A stretch of DNA of 38,645 nt from Terrimicrobiaceae bacterium (GTDB taxonomy: Bacteria; Verrucomicrobiota; Verrucomicrobiia; Chthoniobacterales; Terrimicrobiaceae): positions 1 to 38,645 of the forward strand of contig JBGSVZ010000055.1 of assembly GCA_041752695.1 (NCBI GenBank). The letters run 5' to 3'. Each line of letters begins with the position of its first letter. Within the stretch, counting starts at the first letter, position 1. Position numbers and translations under genes: made by a program. This document shows, one piece after another, positions 19,901 to 29,738 of the stretch. Under the pieces are notes generated by a model. That model saw nothing but the letters and a program-made list of their open reading frames with translations. It ran no database searches and was not told the origin of the DNA.

Positions 19901-20566
19901 ATGGTCCGCCTCCAGGGAGTTACCCGAATTTATGCAAAATCCGAAAATGCCGTCCGCGCGCTGGACGAGGTCAGCTTCGAACTCGCCGATGGGGAGTTCG
20001 CGGCGATCACGGGTCCCAGCGGCTGCGGCAAAAGCACACTGCTCAATCTCCTCGGGGGTCTGGACCGTCCCGATGCGGGGGAAATCTGGATCGACAAACT
20101 CCCCTTGCATCGCGCTGGGGAACGGCAACTGACGCGCTACCGCCGGCACGACCTCGGCATCGTTTTTCAGTTTTTTAATCTCCTGCCTGGCATGACCCTG
20201 GCGGAAAACGTCGAACTCCCCCTTTTGTTGCGCGGAGATTCGCCGCGGAAATCTCGTCCCCGCGTCGCCGAGATGCTGGACCTCGTAGGGCTGGGTCACC
20301 GCAAACGGCATTTCCCCCACCAACTCAGCGGCGGGGAAATGCAACGCACCGCCATCGCCCGCGCCCTGGCCGGCTCTCCCCGCCTCCTCCTGGCGGACGA
20401 ACCCACCGGAAATCTCGACAGCGCCAACGCCGCCAACGTCACCGACACCCTCATGCGGGTCGCCTCCCAGAAGGTTGTCACTCTTGTCATCGTCACCCAC
20501 AGCGACGACCTCGCCGCCCTCGCGCACCGCCACATCCGCATGCGCGACGGCCGGATCGCCGAGTGA
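19901..20566 (+). CDS. ABC ATPase, LolD/MacB-N type
   Basis: GPSGCGKS, VFQFFNLL, LSGGEMQR, ADEPTGNLD, VTH. Confidence 0.92.
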   Translation: MVRLQGVTRIYAKSENAVRALDEVSFELADGEFAAITGPSGCGKSTLLNLLGGLDRPDAGEIWIDKLPLHRAGERQLTRYRRHDLGIVFQFFNLLPGMTLAENVELPLLLRGDSPRKSRPRVAEMLDLVGLGHRKRHFPHQLSGGEMQRTAIARALAGSPRLLLADEPTGNLDSANAANVTDTLMRVASQKVVTLVIVTHSDDLAALAHRHIRMRDGRIAE

Positions 20567-20574
20567 GGCCGTGA

Positions 20575-20606
20575 ACAATAAATGTCCCAGGTGGGACATC
20601 TATTGT
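20575..20606. promoter_or_regulatory. 32-bp near-perfect palindrome (operator-like, or terminator)
   Basis: ACAATA-A-ATGTCCCA-GG-TGGGACAT-C-TATTGT; 14 of 15 arm positions pair; 2-nt centre. Confidence 0.55.
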
Positions 20607-20733
20607 AAAAGCGGGAAAAACGCACGGGGCGATTGCCGCCAAAGTTTGCTTCCCAAAAAATTCCCCCGCTGGTTATTCTCAGGGGCTGCTTGGAACCCGG
20701 TGCTGTCCGGCCCAGGCGCAAATTGTACGCCCG

Positions 20734-21237
20734 ATGGAAAACGCACCCCGCCCAATCAATTGTGACGATGTTTTGCTCACGAAGTTCAAGGTCTTCGCCG
20801 AGCTGAGCCGAGACGAACTGAAAACCCTGATCGAACAAAGCAGCCGTGTGACCCACGGCGCGGGGCAGCGGATTATTTCCACGGGGGAACCCGGATACTG
20901 CATGTATGTCTTGCTCAGCGGCTCCGTCCGGGTCACTTCCCTGAGCGGTGGAGAGGTTGTCGAACTCGCGGCGTTGAAACCCGGGGATTTTTTTGGAGAA
21001 GTTGCCTTAGTGGATGACGGCCCCCGGTCGGCCGACGTCACCGCGGTCGAGGCGTGCGAACTTTTGTGTATCACGCGGATGACACTCGGCGTGCTGGCCG
21101 GATTGCAGCCCGGTGCCGCCATTCAACTGCTGGCCGCCATCGGTCGGTGTCTGGTCCAACGCCTGCGCGAGGGCAATCAAAAATACATGGACTTGATCCT
21201 GCTGGGTCGCCAGTCTGCCGGACTTTCCCAGCCGTAA
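20734..21237 (+). CDS. stand-alone cyclic-nucleotide-binding domain protein
   Basis: II..GEPG..MYVLLSG.V, PGDFFGEVAL...PRSADV.A; no C-terminal HTH. Confidence 0.9.
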   Translation: MENAPRPINCDDVLLTKFKVFAELSRDELKTLIEQSSRVTHGAGQRIISTGEPGYCMYVLLSGSVRVTSLSGGEVVELAALKPGDFFGEVALVDDGPRSADVTAVEACELLCITRMTLGVLAGLQPGAAIQLLAAIGRCLVQRLREGNQKYMDLILLGRQSAGLSQP

Positions 21238-21249
21238 AGATTTTCCAAC

Positions 21250-22551
21250 GTGGATAAACAACGCACTCTCGCATCCTCCGCCAGTCTCACAGGAACCGCC
21301 CTGCACACCGGGGAAAACGTCACTCTTACCCTGCACCCAGCGCCAGTCGGGCATGGCTTTAAGTTCAAACGCTCCGATCTTCCCGACGAACCCATCGTCG
21401 AGGCGCGTGTGGAAAATGTGAAAACCGTGGAGCGCTCCACGACCATTGTCGAGGGCAACGTCAAGATTCATACCGTCGAACACGTCATTTCCGCCCTCGC
21501 CGGCATGGGCGTGGACAATGCCCTCATCGAGATGGACGCCAACGAGCCTCCCATCGGGGATGGCAGCGCCGCGGCCTACGTGGAAACCATCAAGCGGGCC
21601 GGCATCATCGAACAGGATGCGCCCCGCTCCTGCCTCGAGCCGCGTGAACCCATCATCATACAGGTCGGGGATTCGATCCTCACCATCATTCCCGACACAA
21701 AGTTCCGCATCTCCTGCACCCAGGTCGGCCCGGAAGGTCGCTTCACGCAATACATGAGCGCGGAGATCACTCCGGAATTTTATGAAAAGGAGATCGCCCC
21801 GGCGCGAACCTTTGTTTTTTACGAGGATGTGAAGCCCCTGATGGACAAGGGCCTGATTAAAGGCGGCAGTCTGGAAAATGCCGTGGTCGCCCGCGGGGAC
21901 AGCGTGCTCAGCAAGGAGCCCCTGCGTTTCCCGGATGAATTTGTCCGCCACAAGATTCTCGATATCATCGGCGATCTGATGCTGGCCGGCCGCCGTCTGC
22001 GCGGTCATGTGGTTGCGGTGAAACCCGGCCACGGACCCAACACCGAACTCGCCCGTGCCCTGGTGAAACGCGGCGCGGAATTTCTCGCCATGGCTCCGCG
22101 GCCTGTTGCCGCCGATGTGGGCGTTCTCGACATCAACGAAATCCAGCGCATCCTCCCGCACCGTTACCCTTTCCTGATGGTCGATCGGATCATCGAACTG
22201 GAGGAAGACCGCCGCGCGGTCGGGGTCAAGGCAGTGACCATCAACGAACCCTATTTTCAGGGCCACTTCCCCGGACACCCCGTCATGCCGGGAGTTTTGC
22301 AAGTCGAGGCCATGGCCCAGGTGGCCAGCATCGTCATGATGCACAAGCCGGAGAACGTCGGGAAAATCGGGTACTTCATGAGCGCGAACAACATCAAGTT
22401 CCGCAAGCCGGTCTTTCCGGGAGATACGCTTTTCATCCACTGCGAAATGCTCAGCGCCAAAAAGCGTCTCGGCAAGGCCGCCGCAAAGTGCCTGGTCAAT
22501 GGCGAAGTGGTTTCGGAAGCTGAGTTGCTTTTCGGCCTGGTGGATCAATAG
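21250..22551 (+). CDS. lpxC/fabZ: bifunctional UDP-3-O-acyl-GlcNAc deacetylase / 3-hydroxyacyl-ACP dehydratase (LpxC-FabZ fusion)
   Basis: TVEH, PIGDGS, IAPARTF, GGSLENA, RHKILD, GH; then LPHRYPFLMVDR, GHFPGHPVMPGVLQVEAMAQ. Confidence 0.96.
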   Translation: MDKQRTLASSASLTGTALHTGENVTLTLHPAPVGHGFKFKRSDLPDEPIVEARVENVKTVERSTTIVEGNVKIHTVEHVISALAGMGVDNALIEMDANEPPIGDGSAAAYVETIKRAGIIEQDAPRSCLEPREPIIIQVGDSILTIIPDTKFRISCTQVGPEGRFTQYMSAEITPEFYEKEIAPARTFVFYEDVKPLMDKGLIKGGSLENAVVARGDSVLSKEPLRFPDEFVRHKILDIIGDLMLAGRRLRGHVVAVKPGHGPNTELARALVKRGAEFLAMAPRPVAADVGVLDINEIQRILPHRYPFLMVDRIIELEEDRRAVGVKAVTINEPYFQGHFPGHPVMPGVLQVEAMAQVASIVMMHKPENVGKIGYFMSANNIKFRKPVFPGDTLFIHCEMLSAKKRLGKAAAKCLVNGEVVSEAELLFGLVDQ

Positions 22552-22565
22552 CCGACGACCCCGCC

Positions 22566-23333
22566 ATGATCCATCCTTCCGCCGTCATCGATCCGAGTGC
22601 ACAGATTGGAGACGACGTCGAAATCGGCCCATTCTGCTCGGTCGGGCCAGAGGTGATCCTCGGAAATGGCTGCGTCCTGACCAATCACGTTTCCCTGACC
22701 GGCCCCGCCGTGATCGGGGAAGGCAATCGTTTCTTTCCCTTTTGCTCCATCGGCCAGCGCACCCAGGACCTCAAGTATATCGGCGAACCGACTTATCTGG
22801 AAATCGGCAGCCACAATTCCTTTCGCGAATTTTGCACGGTCAATCGGGGCACCGCACCTGGCGCGAAAACCATTATTGGCAACCACGGGAATTTCCTCGC
22901 CTACTCGCACATTGCCCACGACTGCACGGTGGGCGACCATGTGATTTTTTCCAACAACGGCACGCTGGCCGGTCATGTCATCGTCGAGGATCACGCCGTG
23001 ATTGGCGGCTTGAGCGGGGTCCATCAATTTTGCCGGATTGGACGCCATGCCATCCTCGGGGGCTGCACCAAGATCGTCCAGGACGTTGCCCCGTTTATGA
23101 TCGCCGACGGCAATCCTGCGGAACTCCGCGGCATCAACCAAGTGGGCATGGAACGCCGGGGCTTTTCCGCCGAGGAAGTTCGCTCCCTGCGCGAGGCCTA
23201 CCGCTTCCTTTGCCGGTCCAATCTGAACGTCAAGCAAGCCTGCGACGCCATCCGCGAGCAACTTCCGGCCAACGACCACCTGTCCCATCTCCTCGCCTTC
23301 GTGGAAGGCAGCAAGCGCGGCATCGTGCGCTAG
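22566..23333 (+). CDS. lpxA: acyl-ACP--UDP-N-acetylglucosamine O-acyltransferase
   Basis: Hexapeptide repeats, QDLKY, REFCTVNRGT, HIAHDC, LAGHV, VHQFCRIG; follows lpxC/fabZ. Confidence 0.96.
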   Translation: MIHPSAVIDPSAQIGDDVEIGPFCSVGPEVILGNGCVLTNHVSLTGPAVIGEGNRFFPFCSIGQRTQDLKYIGEPTYLEIGSHNSFREFCTVNRGTAPGAKTIIGNHGNFLAYSHIAHDCTVGDHVIFSNNGTLAGHVIVEDHAVIGGLSGVHQFCRIGRHAILGGCTKIVQDVAPFMIADGNPAELRGINQVGMERRGFSAEEVRSLREAYRFLCRSNLNVKQACDAIREQLPANDHLSHLLAFVEGSKRGIVR

Positions 23334-23417
23334 GCGGGAAAAATCCACGCGCCGGCTCGCCTTCCCAGCGCGAATTCGGGACCGGGTCGGGCGGTGCCCC
23401 GCTCCCTCCGCGGCGGC

Positions 23418-24113
23418 TTACTTCCAATCAATCTCAATCTCGGCCACGGCCCCGCGAAAACCCCGGGGCAACGCACCTTCCACCGGACGGGGCGCACTGG
23501 CACCGAGGATCAGGCTTTGCGGTTTGGGCGATTCGACCATGGCGGCCTTCGGCACATCCTCGGCTTTCACCCCGTCCACTTTGAGGATCATTTTCTCGGG
23601 TTCATACTCGGCCAGGAGTTCCTGCCATTCGCCAGCCCGCGCTGGAACAACGACCTCCGTCCGCTCGCCCGCGTCGTGCCAGACGACAAACAGAAAAGCA
23701 GATCGATTGACCAGATAGCGAATCTCCCAGGAGGTCCCGTGGCGGAAGAGCGTGATGTCGGTGTCTGCCGAGAGGTCGGAGACATTCACCAAGGCCTTGA
23801 GTTTAAAGCCTTCATAGGGTGCAGGGATGGTCTGAACGGTCTGAAAAGCCAGCACCTGTTCTCCTGAGAAAACGAGGGACTTCGCGTCGCTGCCCCCCTT
23901 GGGTTTCTCTCCGATGCTGATCCCCGAAGCATCGAGGATCTCAAAATCCAAAGAACCCTTGCTGTCCGGCAGCAACATCCCCGGCCCCTTCGTCCGGGCG
24001 TCGTCGGCCTGCCAAACGGACTTTTCGGCAGCGGTGGCCGGGGAAAGGGATGCTGCCAGCGCGGCAGATAGGGAAATAAACGCCACAAAACGGGGGAGAA
24101 CCGGAGAGAACAT
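23418..24113 (-). CDS. secreted protein, possible LamG/concanavalin-like beta-sandwich
   Basis: Signal peptide ending ATA-A; GEWQELLAEY...LKVDG...LILGA...FRGAVAEIEI resembles LamG-like patterns. Confidence 0.6.
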   Translation of the reverse strand: MFSPVLPRFVAFISLSAALAASLSPATAAEKSVWQADDARTKGPGMLLPDSKGSLDFEILDASGISIGEKPKGGSDAKSLVFSGEQVLAFQTVQTIPAPYEGFKLKALVNVSDLSADTDITLFRHGTSWEIRYLVNRSAFLFVVWHDAGERTEVVVPARAGEWQELLAEYEPEKMILKVDGVKAEDVPKAAMVESPKPQSLILGASAPRPVEGALPRGFRGAVAEIEIDWK

Positions 24114-24297
24114 ATAGTGTTATTCGTCGCAAAGAAGGCGTCCCATCGCAAGAAAATAAACGGAATGCAACGCTGTTGTGATTTCTTGTGACCCATCCTT
24201 TGATCACGCAGAGCGCCCTGAGGAAAAACAGTGCGCCCAAAATGACGCGTTCCGCGTAGATCGACTGTTGCGGCTTTTTTCACTTCCTATCCTCCCA

Positions 24298-24705
24298 ATG
24301 CACCCTTCGATCGTGACGAAAACGCTGCCCATCCTCGCCCTGCTATTGCTCACCCTGTGTCTCGCCGCCTGCTCCGGCCCACTGAATCCGCCCACTGAAG
24401 CGGAAGCCCGTGCGGTCATGGAAAGGGACATCACGAATTTTTCTCAAGGCTGCATCAAATTAGTTAAGTTTCGCCTAATCAATGAACAGGAATTGGGAAA
24501 CATCCTGATGGTGAAGGCGGAGGCGGAAATTGAATTTTTGGCGGATTGCAACTGGCCCATCGAGACGCTCGTCCTGGTCACGAAGCCCCTGCCGGGAGCC
24601 GTTCCCACCATGAAAAAGGGAGATCGGCGGATGATGAACGTCACTCTCCAGTTTTCCCGTTCCGAGCAGGGCTGGATACCGACAGAGTTAAAAAAAACCC
24701 GATGA
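24298..24705 (+). CDS. hypothetical lipoprotein
   Basis: Hydrophobic signal with LAAC lipobox; 135 aa. Start ATG 24298 or GTG 24313. Confidence 0.7.
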   Translation: MHPSIVTKTLPILALLLLTLCLAACSGPLNPPTEAEARAVMERDITNFSQGCIKLVKFRLINEQELGNILMVKAEAEIEFLADCNWPIETLVLVTKPLPGAVPTMKKGDRRMMNVTLQFSRSEQGWIPTELKKTR

Positions 24706-24724
24706 AGGCTAATCCGTCTCTCGA

Positions 24725-26011
24725 TTAGAGGATGGCCAGGGGCTCGTACCCAGGCCCGAGAATGGGGGCTGAGGGTGTCTCAAGCCAGCGTTCAAGAAGG
24801 CTGGCGTAGACCTGCCGGAAATCAATCTTGTGGCGGACATCACCGTCCACGAGGTCGGCGAGATCGGGAGGCTGGCCATGAATTCCCCCTTTCAGGGAAT
24901 CGCCAATGACAAACATGGGGGCCGCTGCTCCGTGGTCGGTGCCTTTGCTGCCGTTTTCGGCAACCCGGCGGCCAAATTCGCTGAATGCCAGGACGGTGAC
25001 CCGATCGGCTGCTTTCTGGCGGCGCAAGTCGGCAAGGAAGGCGGCGGTGCTGGCGCTGAATTCCCCAAGGAGGCGGGCGTGGTTGCCGGGCTGGTCGGCA
25101 TGGGTGTCGTAGCCGCCCTGGGATACGTAATAGACCCGGGAGGGAAAATCGCCGGCGATAAGTTGGGCGACCATCTGGAGCTGGGCGGCCAGCTGGCCGT
25201 CGGGATACGAGCCGCGGTTTTTCGCCTTGCGCAAAATAGCGCGAATGGAGTCGCCCGCGACGACGGCGTTCATTGCCGTGTGCCGCAGGAAATCAATGGT
25301 CTCCGGTTCGTTGCCGGTGATGCCTCCCGCGGCCGCCATGGTGGGACCTGTCGCGGGTTTATTGATTTTCTCGAAAATGCGTTCCTGCACTTTGGCAAAC
25401 GTGGCGGTGTCCCCGCTGGGGTTCCACTGAAAAGTATTAGGATCCGAGATCGCGAGGCCAACATTCGAGCGGTTGCGAAAGGCCTGGGGCATCACTTTGC
25501 CCATACTTAGACCGATCTCTCCGGGCGATTCGTGCGGCTGGGCACCCTGGCATTTTGCATCAAAATACCGACCAAGCCAGCCCTCGATCCGGCGGGGTCC
25601 GGTGTCGTCCGCGCCGGTGTGCCAGATTTCCATGGAGCGGAAGTGGGACCGGTTGGGATTGGGATAACCGACATTCTGGATGATGGCGAGACGGCCGGCG
25701 TCGTATTCGGATTTGAAAGCGGTCAGGGACGGGTGAAGCCCCAGGTGATCGTCGAGCTTGAGGGTTTGGCCAGCCGTGAGACGAATGGTGGGCCGGGCGC
25801 GGGCGTAGAGGTCGTCCGTGTAAGGGACGACGGTGTTCAAGCCGTCGTTACCGCCGCTGAGCTGAATGACCACCAGGACGCTGGAATCCTTTCCCGCCCC
25901 CACCGCGGCGGCGGTGCGAGTGACGAAAGCCGGGACGAACGCACTGGCGGCCAGCAGCCCGGCCCCCTTGAGGCTGGTGGAGAGAAACTCGCGTCGGGTG
26001 TGGAAGTTCAT
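24725..26011 (-). CDS. DUF1501-family protein with a Tat signal
   Basis: TRREFL Tat motif, LSGGNDGLNTVVP, GYPNPNRSHFRS, GGYDTH, FSEFGRR, GTDHG, DFRQVY; start ATG 26011. Confidence 0.92.
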   Translation of the reverse strand: MNFHTRREFLSTSLKGAGLLAASAFVPAFVTRTAAAVGAGKDSSVLVVIQLSGGNDGLNTVVPYTDDLYARARPTIRLTAGQTLKLDDHLGLHPSLTAFKSEYDAGRLAIIQNVGYPNPNRSHFRSMEIWHTGADDTGPRRIEGWLGRYFDAKCQGAQPHESPGEIGLSMGKVMPQAFRNRSNVGLAISDPNTFQWNPSGDTATFAKVQERIFEKINKPATGPTMAAAGGITGNEPETIDFLRHTAMNAVVAGDSIRAILRKAKNRGSYPDGQLAAQLQMVAQLIAGDFPSRVYYVSQGGYDTHADQPGNHARLLGEFSASTAAFLADLRRQKAADRVTVLAFSEFGRRVAENGSKGTDHGAAAPMFVIGDSLKGGIHGQPPDLADLVDGDVRHKIDFRQVYASLLERWLETPSAPILGPGYEPLAIL

Positions 26012-26033
26012 GAGCAGGGGCAGGTTTTCAACT

Positions 26034-27593
26034 TTAGCAAAGTTGGTAGTCGGGGCTGGACATGATGAGATGCACGAGGCCGCGGGCGCGGTCGTCAAAG
26101 TTGCGGTCGTTCACGCTCATGGAACGCGGTCCACCTGAGCCGTCGGTCTCCGCGAGTTGGACGAGGGAATCGCGGAGTTCGCGGGAGGGGGCGCGCTGGA
26201 GGAACTCGCGAATGTAATAATCCACGAGGTCGCGGGAGGTTAGCATGCGGCGAATCTGGCCGGAGGCGTCGAGGTGGGCTCGGGGGTTCCAGGTCGCCAG
26301 GCTTTCCTGACGTTGTTCCTCCAGAAACTCCCTGCGGCTGGTGGTGCGGTCGGCGGTCTTGCGGTCGAAGACTTTAAATTCGTCGGGGCTCACCCCGTGC
26401 ATGAGGAAGTTGGCGAAGTTGTACCGGACGAGGAGCGTGTTGGAGTTGATCCAATCCGCACCGCCCGGCCAGCCGTTGACGTCGGGCGGAAAGAAAAGAT
26501 CCTGCCCCATCACACGAAGCGAACCCAAGGTGAGTTCGTCCGGCGGCAGAGGCGCGCGCATGGCCTTGAGCGCCCCGATGGCGAGTGCGACGGGGCTCTT
26601 CACCACGGCATTCCGCGCCCGCTCGGAATAAAAAAGCTGCGACCGAAAAAGGGTATGCAGGAGAGCTTTCAAGTCGTAACCGCTGGAGCGATAGGCAGCG
26701 GCGACGGGCGCGATCATTGCCGGTTCGGGCTGGGTGCAGACGAAAAAATCCAGAAACTTGCGAGCCATGAATTCGCCTGTGGCGGGGTGTTCGCAGATCA
26801 GCCCGATCACATCGTCCCCGTCGAATGGTCCGGAGCGGCCGAGGAAGGTTTTTTCGCCGGGGTCGTGCGCCCCATCGCGAAACCGAAAGGTCCAGTCGTC
26901 GCGGTCGAGGCTGTAGCCGGTGAGCGCCCGGGCGGACTCTTTCACGTCCTCTTCGGAGTAGTGCCCGACCCCCATGGAAAAAAGCTCCATCAGTTCCCGG
27001 GCAAAATTTTCGTTCGGGCGGTGGCGGTTGCTGGCGGCGTTGTCGAGCCAGACAAGCATGGCGGGATCCCGAATGAGGGCCCGGAGCTGTTCGGGAAACG
27101 GGGCGAGCGCCAGGGTGCGAAACATCTGGTTTTGCCGCCAGAGCGGCAGGGTGCGTTCAATTTTATCCTGGTATCCGGTCGCAAAATGCGAGTGCCAGAA
27201 CAGGGTGAGTTTTTCCTCGAGCGGCGACGCTGCGGGGTTACCCGGAGCAGTGGCCAGCATGCGATTCAGCCACCAGATCCGCAGGGCGGTGATCTGAGCC
27301 CGGGCGTCTTCGTTTCGGAGGTGGCGTTTCTTTTGGCGGGCCTCCTCGTCGGGCAGGGTGCGCAGGCGTTCCTCGAAGGCCTTCTGGCTTTCCTTCGGAA
27401 GCGCCGCGCATTCGGGCGCGGGAAGAGCGGTGCTCGGCACGAAATTGACCAACTTGTCCACCGCGGTGTCGAGACCGAGGTCGGCAAGTTCCGTGGCCTG
27501 GTCCCAGGTGCCACCAAACCCCGCCCGCCAGAGCAAATGCGCGGCGGCATAAGCATCGAAGGAACGAGCCGGCTGGGGGGAGAGCAGGGACAT
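26034..27593 (-). CDS. DUF1800-family protein
   Basis: HLLWRAGFG, EKLTLFWHSHFAT, PAMLVWLD, PNENFARELMELF, ARALTG, PPDVNGW, SPDYQ; upstream of DUF1501. Confidence 0.92.
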   Translation of the reverse strand: MSLLSPQPARSFDAYAAAHLLWRAGFGGTWDQATELADLGLDTAVDKLVNFVPSTALPAPECAALPKESQKAFEERLRTLPDEEARQKKRHLRNEDARAQITALRIWWLNRMLATAPGNPAASPLEEKLTLFWHSHFATGYQDKIERTLPLWRQNQMFRTLALAPFPEQLRALIRDPAMLVWLDNAASNRHRPNENFARELMELFSMGVGHYSEEDVKESARALTGYSLDRDDWTFRFRDGAHDPGEKTFLGRSGPFDGDDVIGLICEHPATGEFMARKFLDFFVCTQPEPAMIAPVAAAYRSSGYDLKALLHTLFRSQLFYSERARNAVVKSPVALAIGALKAMRAPLPPDELTLGSLRVMGQDLFFPPDVNGWPGGADWINSNTLLVRYNFANFLMHGVSPDEFKVFDRKTADRTTSRREFLEEQRQESLATWNPRAHLDASGQIRRMLTSRDLVDYYIREFLQRAPSRELRDSLVQLAETDGSGGPRSMSVNDRNFDDRARGLVHLIMSSPDYQLC

Positions 27594-27674
27594 AGCCTGG
27601 GATGACCTTAGTCGACTCCCGCCGCGGATTCAATGCCCGACTTCCTCGTCGGGATAGAGATTCCAGATCCGAGG

Positions 27675-28895
27675 TCAGGCCCGGTGAACCTCGGATGCCA
27701 CCTTGAGCCGCAGGCCGTTGAGTCGGATGAATCCCGTGGCATCGTCCTGGTTGTAGGCCTTGGTCGGATCCGCCTCCATGGTGGCGATATGCGGGTTGTA
27801 AAGGCTGACCGGGCTCTTGCGTCCGGCAGCGATGATGTTGCCCTTGTAAAGCTTCACCCTCACCGTGCCGGTCACGTTTTTCTGGGACTCGGTGACGAGC
27901 GCCTGGAGAGCCTCGCGTTCCGGTGCGAACCAGAACCCGTTGTAAACCAATGTGGCGTATTTCGGAATGAGCGAATCGCGCAGATGCATCACCTCGCGAT
28001 CCATGGTCAGGGATTCCATTTGCCGGTGGGCAAAGTGGAGAATTGCGCCGCCCGGAGTTTCGTAAACCCCGCGGCTCTTCATGCCGACAAATCGGTTTTC
28101 CACCATGTCCACCCGGCCGACACCGTGTTTGCCACCCAGGACATTCAGCGCTTTCATCACCCCGAGAGGAGTGAGTTTTTCCCCATTCAACGCCACACAA
28201 TTGCCGGCCTCAAATTCGAGTTCGAGATATTCCGATTGATCAGGAGCGTCTTCGGGCGAAACACTCAGCTTGTACATGTCCTTGCAGTCGGGGGCGGAGG
28301 CGTCGAACCAGGTGTCCTCCAGCATTCCGCTCTCGAAGCTGATGTGGAGAAGGTTGCGGTCCATCGAATAGGGCTTTTTCGCCGAAGCCTGGACGGGAAT
28401 GTTTTTTGCCTCGCAATAGGCGATCATTTCCGTGCGGCCGGGAAAATCGTTGCGGAACCGTTCGTCCCGCCAGGGGGCGATGACTTCCAGCCGCGGCGCG
28501 AGGGCGGCGGCCGTGAGTTCAAAACGCACCTGATCGTTGCCCTTGCCGGTCGCGCCATGGGCCACGGCATGCGCGCCTTCGGCCTGGGCGATCTCGACCA
28601 TGCGTTTGGCGATGAGCGGCCTGGCAATGCTGGTGCCGAGGAAATATTCCCCTTCGTAAATCGCTCCCGCCTGCATCATCGGGTAAATGAAGTCCCGCGC
28701 GAACTCCTCCTGCAGGTCGTCCACATAACATTTGCTGGCGCCCGTTTTGAGGGCCTTTTCCTCGAGCCCGTCGAGTTCCTCCTCCTGCCCCACGTCCGCG
28801 CAGAAGGCAATGACCTCGGCGGAGTAGGTGTCCTTGAGCCAGCTGAGAAGAACAGAGGTATCCAAGCCTCCCGAATATGCGACGACGATTTTCAT
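27675..28895 (-). CDS. argG: argininosuccinate synthase
   Basis: [49 protein letters not shown]. Confidence 0.97.
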   Translation of the reverse strand: MKIVVAYSGGLDTSVLLSWLKDTYSAEVIAFCADVGQEEELDGLEEKALKTGASKCYVDDLQEEFARDFIYPMMQAGAIYEGEYFLGTSIARPLIAKRMVEIAQAEGAHAVAHGATGKGNDQVRFELTAAALAPRLEVIAPWRDERFRNDFPGRTEMIAYCEAKNIPVQASAKKPYSMDRNLLHISFESGMLEDTWFDASAPDCKDMYKLSVSPEDAPDQSEYLELEFEAGNCVALNGEKLTPLGVMKALNVLGGKHGVGRVDMVENRFVGMKSRGVYETPGGAILHFAHRQMESLTMDREVMHLRDSLIPKYATLVYNGFWFAPEREALQALVTESQKNVTGTVRVKLYKGNIIAAGRKSPVSLYNPHIATMEADPTKAYNQDDATGFIRLNGLRLKVASEVHRA

Positions 28896-28993
28896 GCGGA
28901 CGGGGAGTCTCGCGCAAAGGAAACCGAAAACGCAAAGGATTTTGCGCGACGTTTTGTTTTCCCAACCGAGGAATCGCAGGCACGCTTGGCCCC

Positions 28994-29734
28994 ATGCCGG
29001 AACTCACCCCCATCCAATGGTTACTCGCCGGCCTGGCCGCATTGAGCATTGGCTTTGGCAAGGCGGGGTTCGGCGGCGTGTGAATGTTGGCGGTGCTGCT
29101 CATGACCCAGGTTCTACCTCCCCGGGAGTCCACCGGCGCGATCCTGCCGATGCTCATCATGGCGGATATTTTTGCAGTCTATCTTTACCGCCAGCATGCC
29201 GACGGCCGTCTCGTCCTGAAACTTCTGCCGCCTGCGCTGATCGGGATCATCTGTGGGTGGCTCCTGATGCCCCACCTTCCACCTGAGGGATTCGGCCAGG
29301 TGATTGGTTGGCTGACCCTCGCTCTCATCATCCTGGTGATCTTGCAAAAAATGACCCCGCTGGTGCGAGTCGCGACGGAACATCCAGGACTGGCCTGGCC
29401 GTTCGGGTGGCTGGCGGGCGTCACCACTATGATGGCCAACGCCGCGGGTCCCGTGATGGCCATTTACCTGCTGGCGCGAAGACTGCCCAAGATGGAGTTT
29501 GTCGGAACGGCAGCGTGGTTCTTTTTTGTCGTCAATGTGATCAAGGTGCCCTTCAGCGCGGCCCTCGGTTTGATCAACTCCAAAAGCCTCACCCTTAACG
29601 TTTGCCTGTTTCCCGCCGTGGTCGCCGGAATTTTCATCGGCCGCTGGCTGCTGGGTAAAACCAATCAGACCCTCTTCGAATGGCTGATGATTATCTTTTC
29701 CGTCATCGGTGCCCTACGGCTGATTTTGGCCTGA
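28994..29734 (+). pseudogene. TauE/SafE (TSUP) family transporter interrupted by an in-frame TGA at codon 30
   Basis: [32 protein letters not shown](29081-29083)-MLAVLLM... is one continuous frame of 246 codons with TSUP-like motifs (LPMLIMADIFAV, GVTTMMANAAGP, FVGTAAWFF, KVP). Confidence 0.75.
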
Positions 29735-29738
29735 AACA

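Noticed and set aside
21250..22551. LpxC-FabZ fusion as a novelty
   Set aside because: The fusion is already known, for example from Bacteroidota and Chlorobiota.
28909..28950. TCGCGCAAA...TTTGCGCGA inverted repeat and CGCAAAGGA direct repeat upstream of argG as an ARG box
   Set aside because: It does not resemble the AT-rich TGAAT-N-ATTCA ArgR consensus and is too short to call.
29081..29083. Genome-wide UGA reassignment (Gly/Trp) as the explanation for the TSUP stop
   Set aside because: Many genes here end at TGA exactly where their families end, several in ATGA/GTGA overlaps (9837, 10796, 16264, 16974), so UGA is a normal stop.
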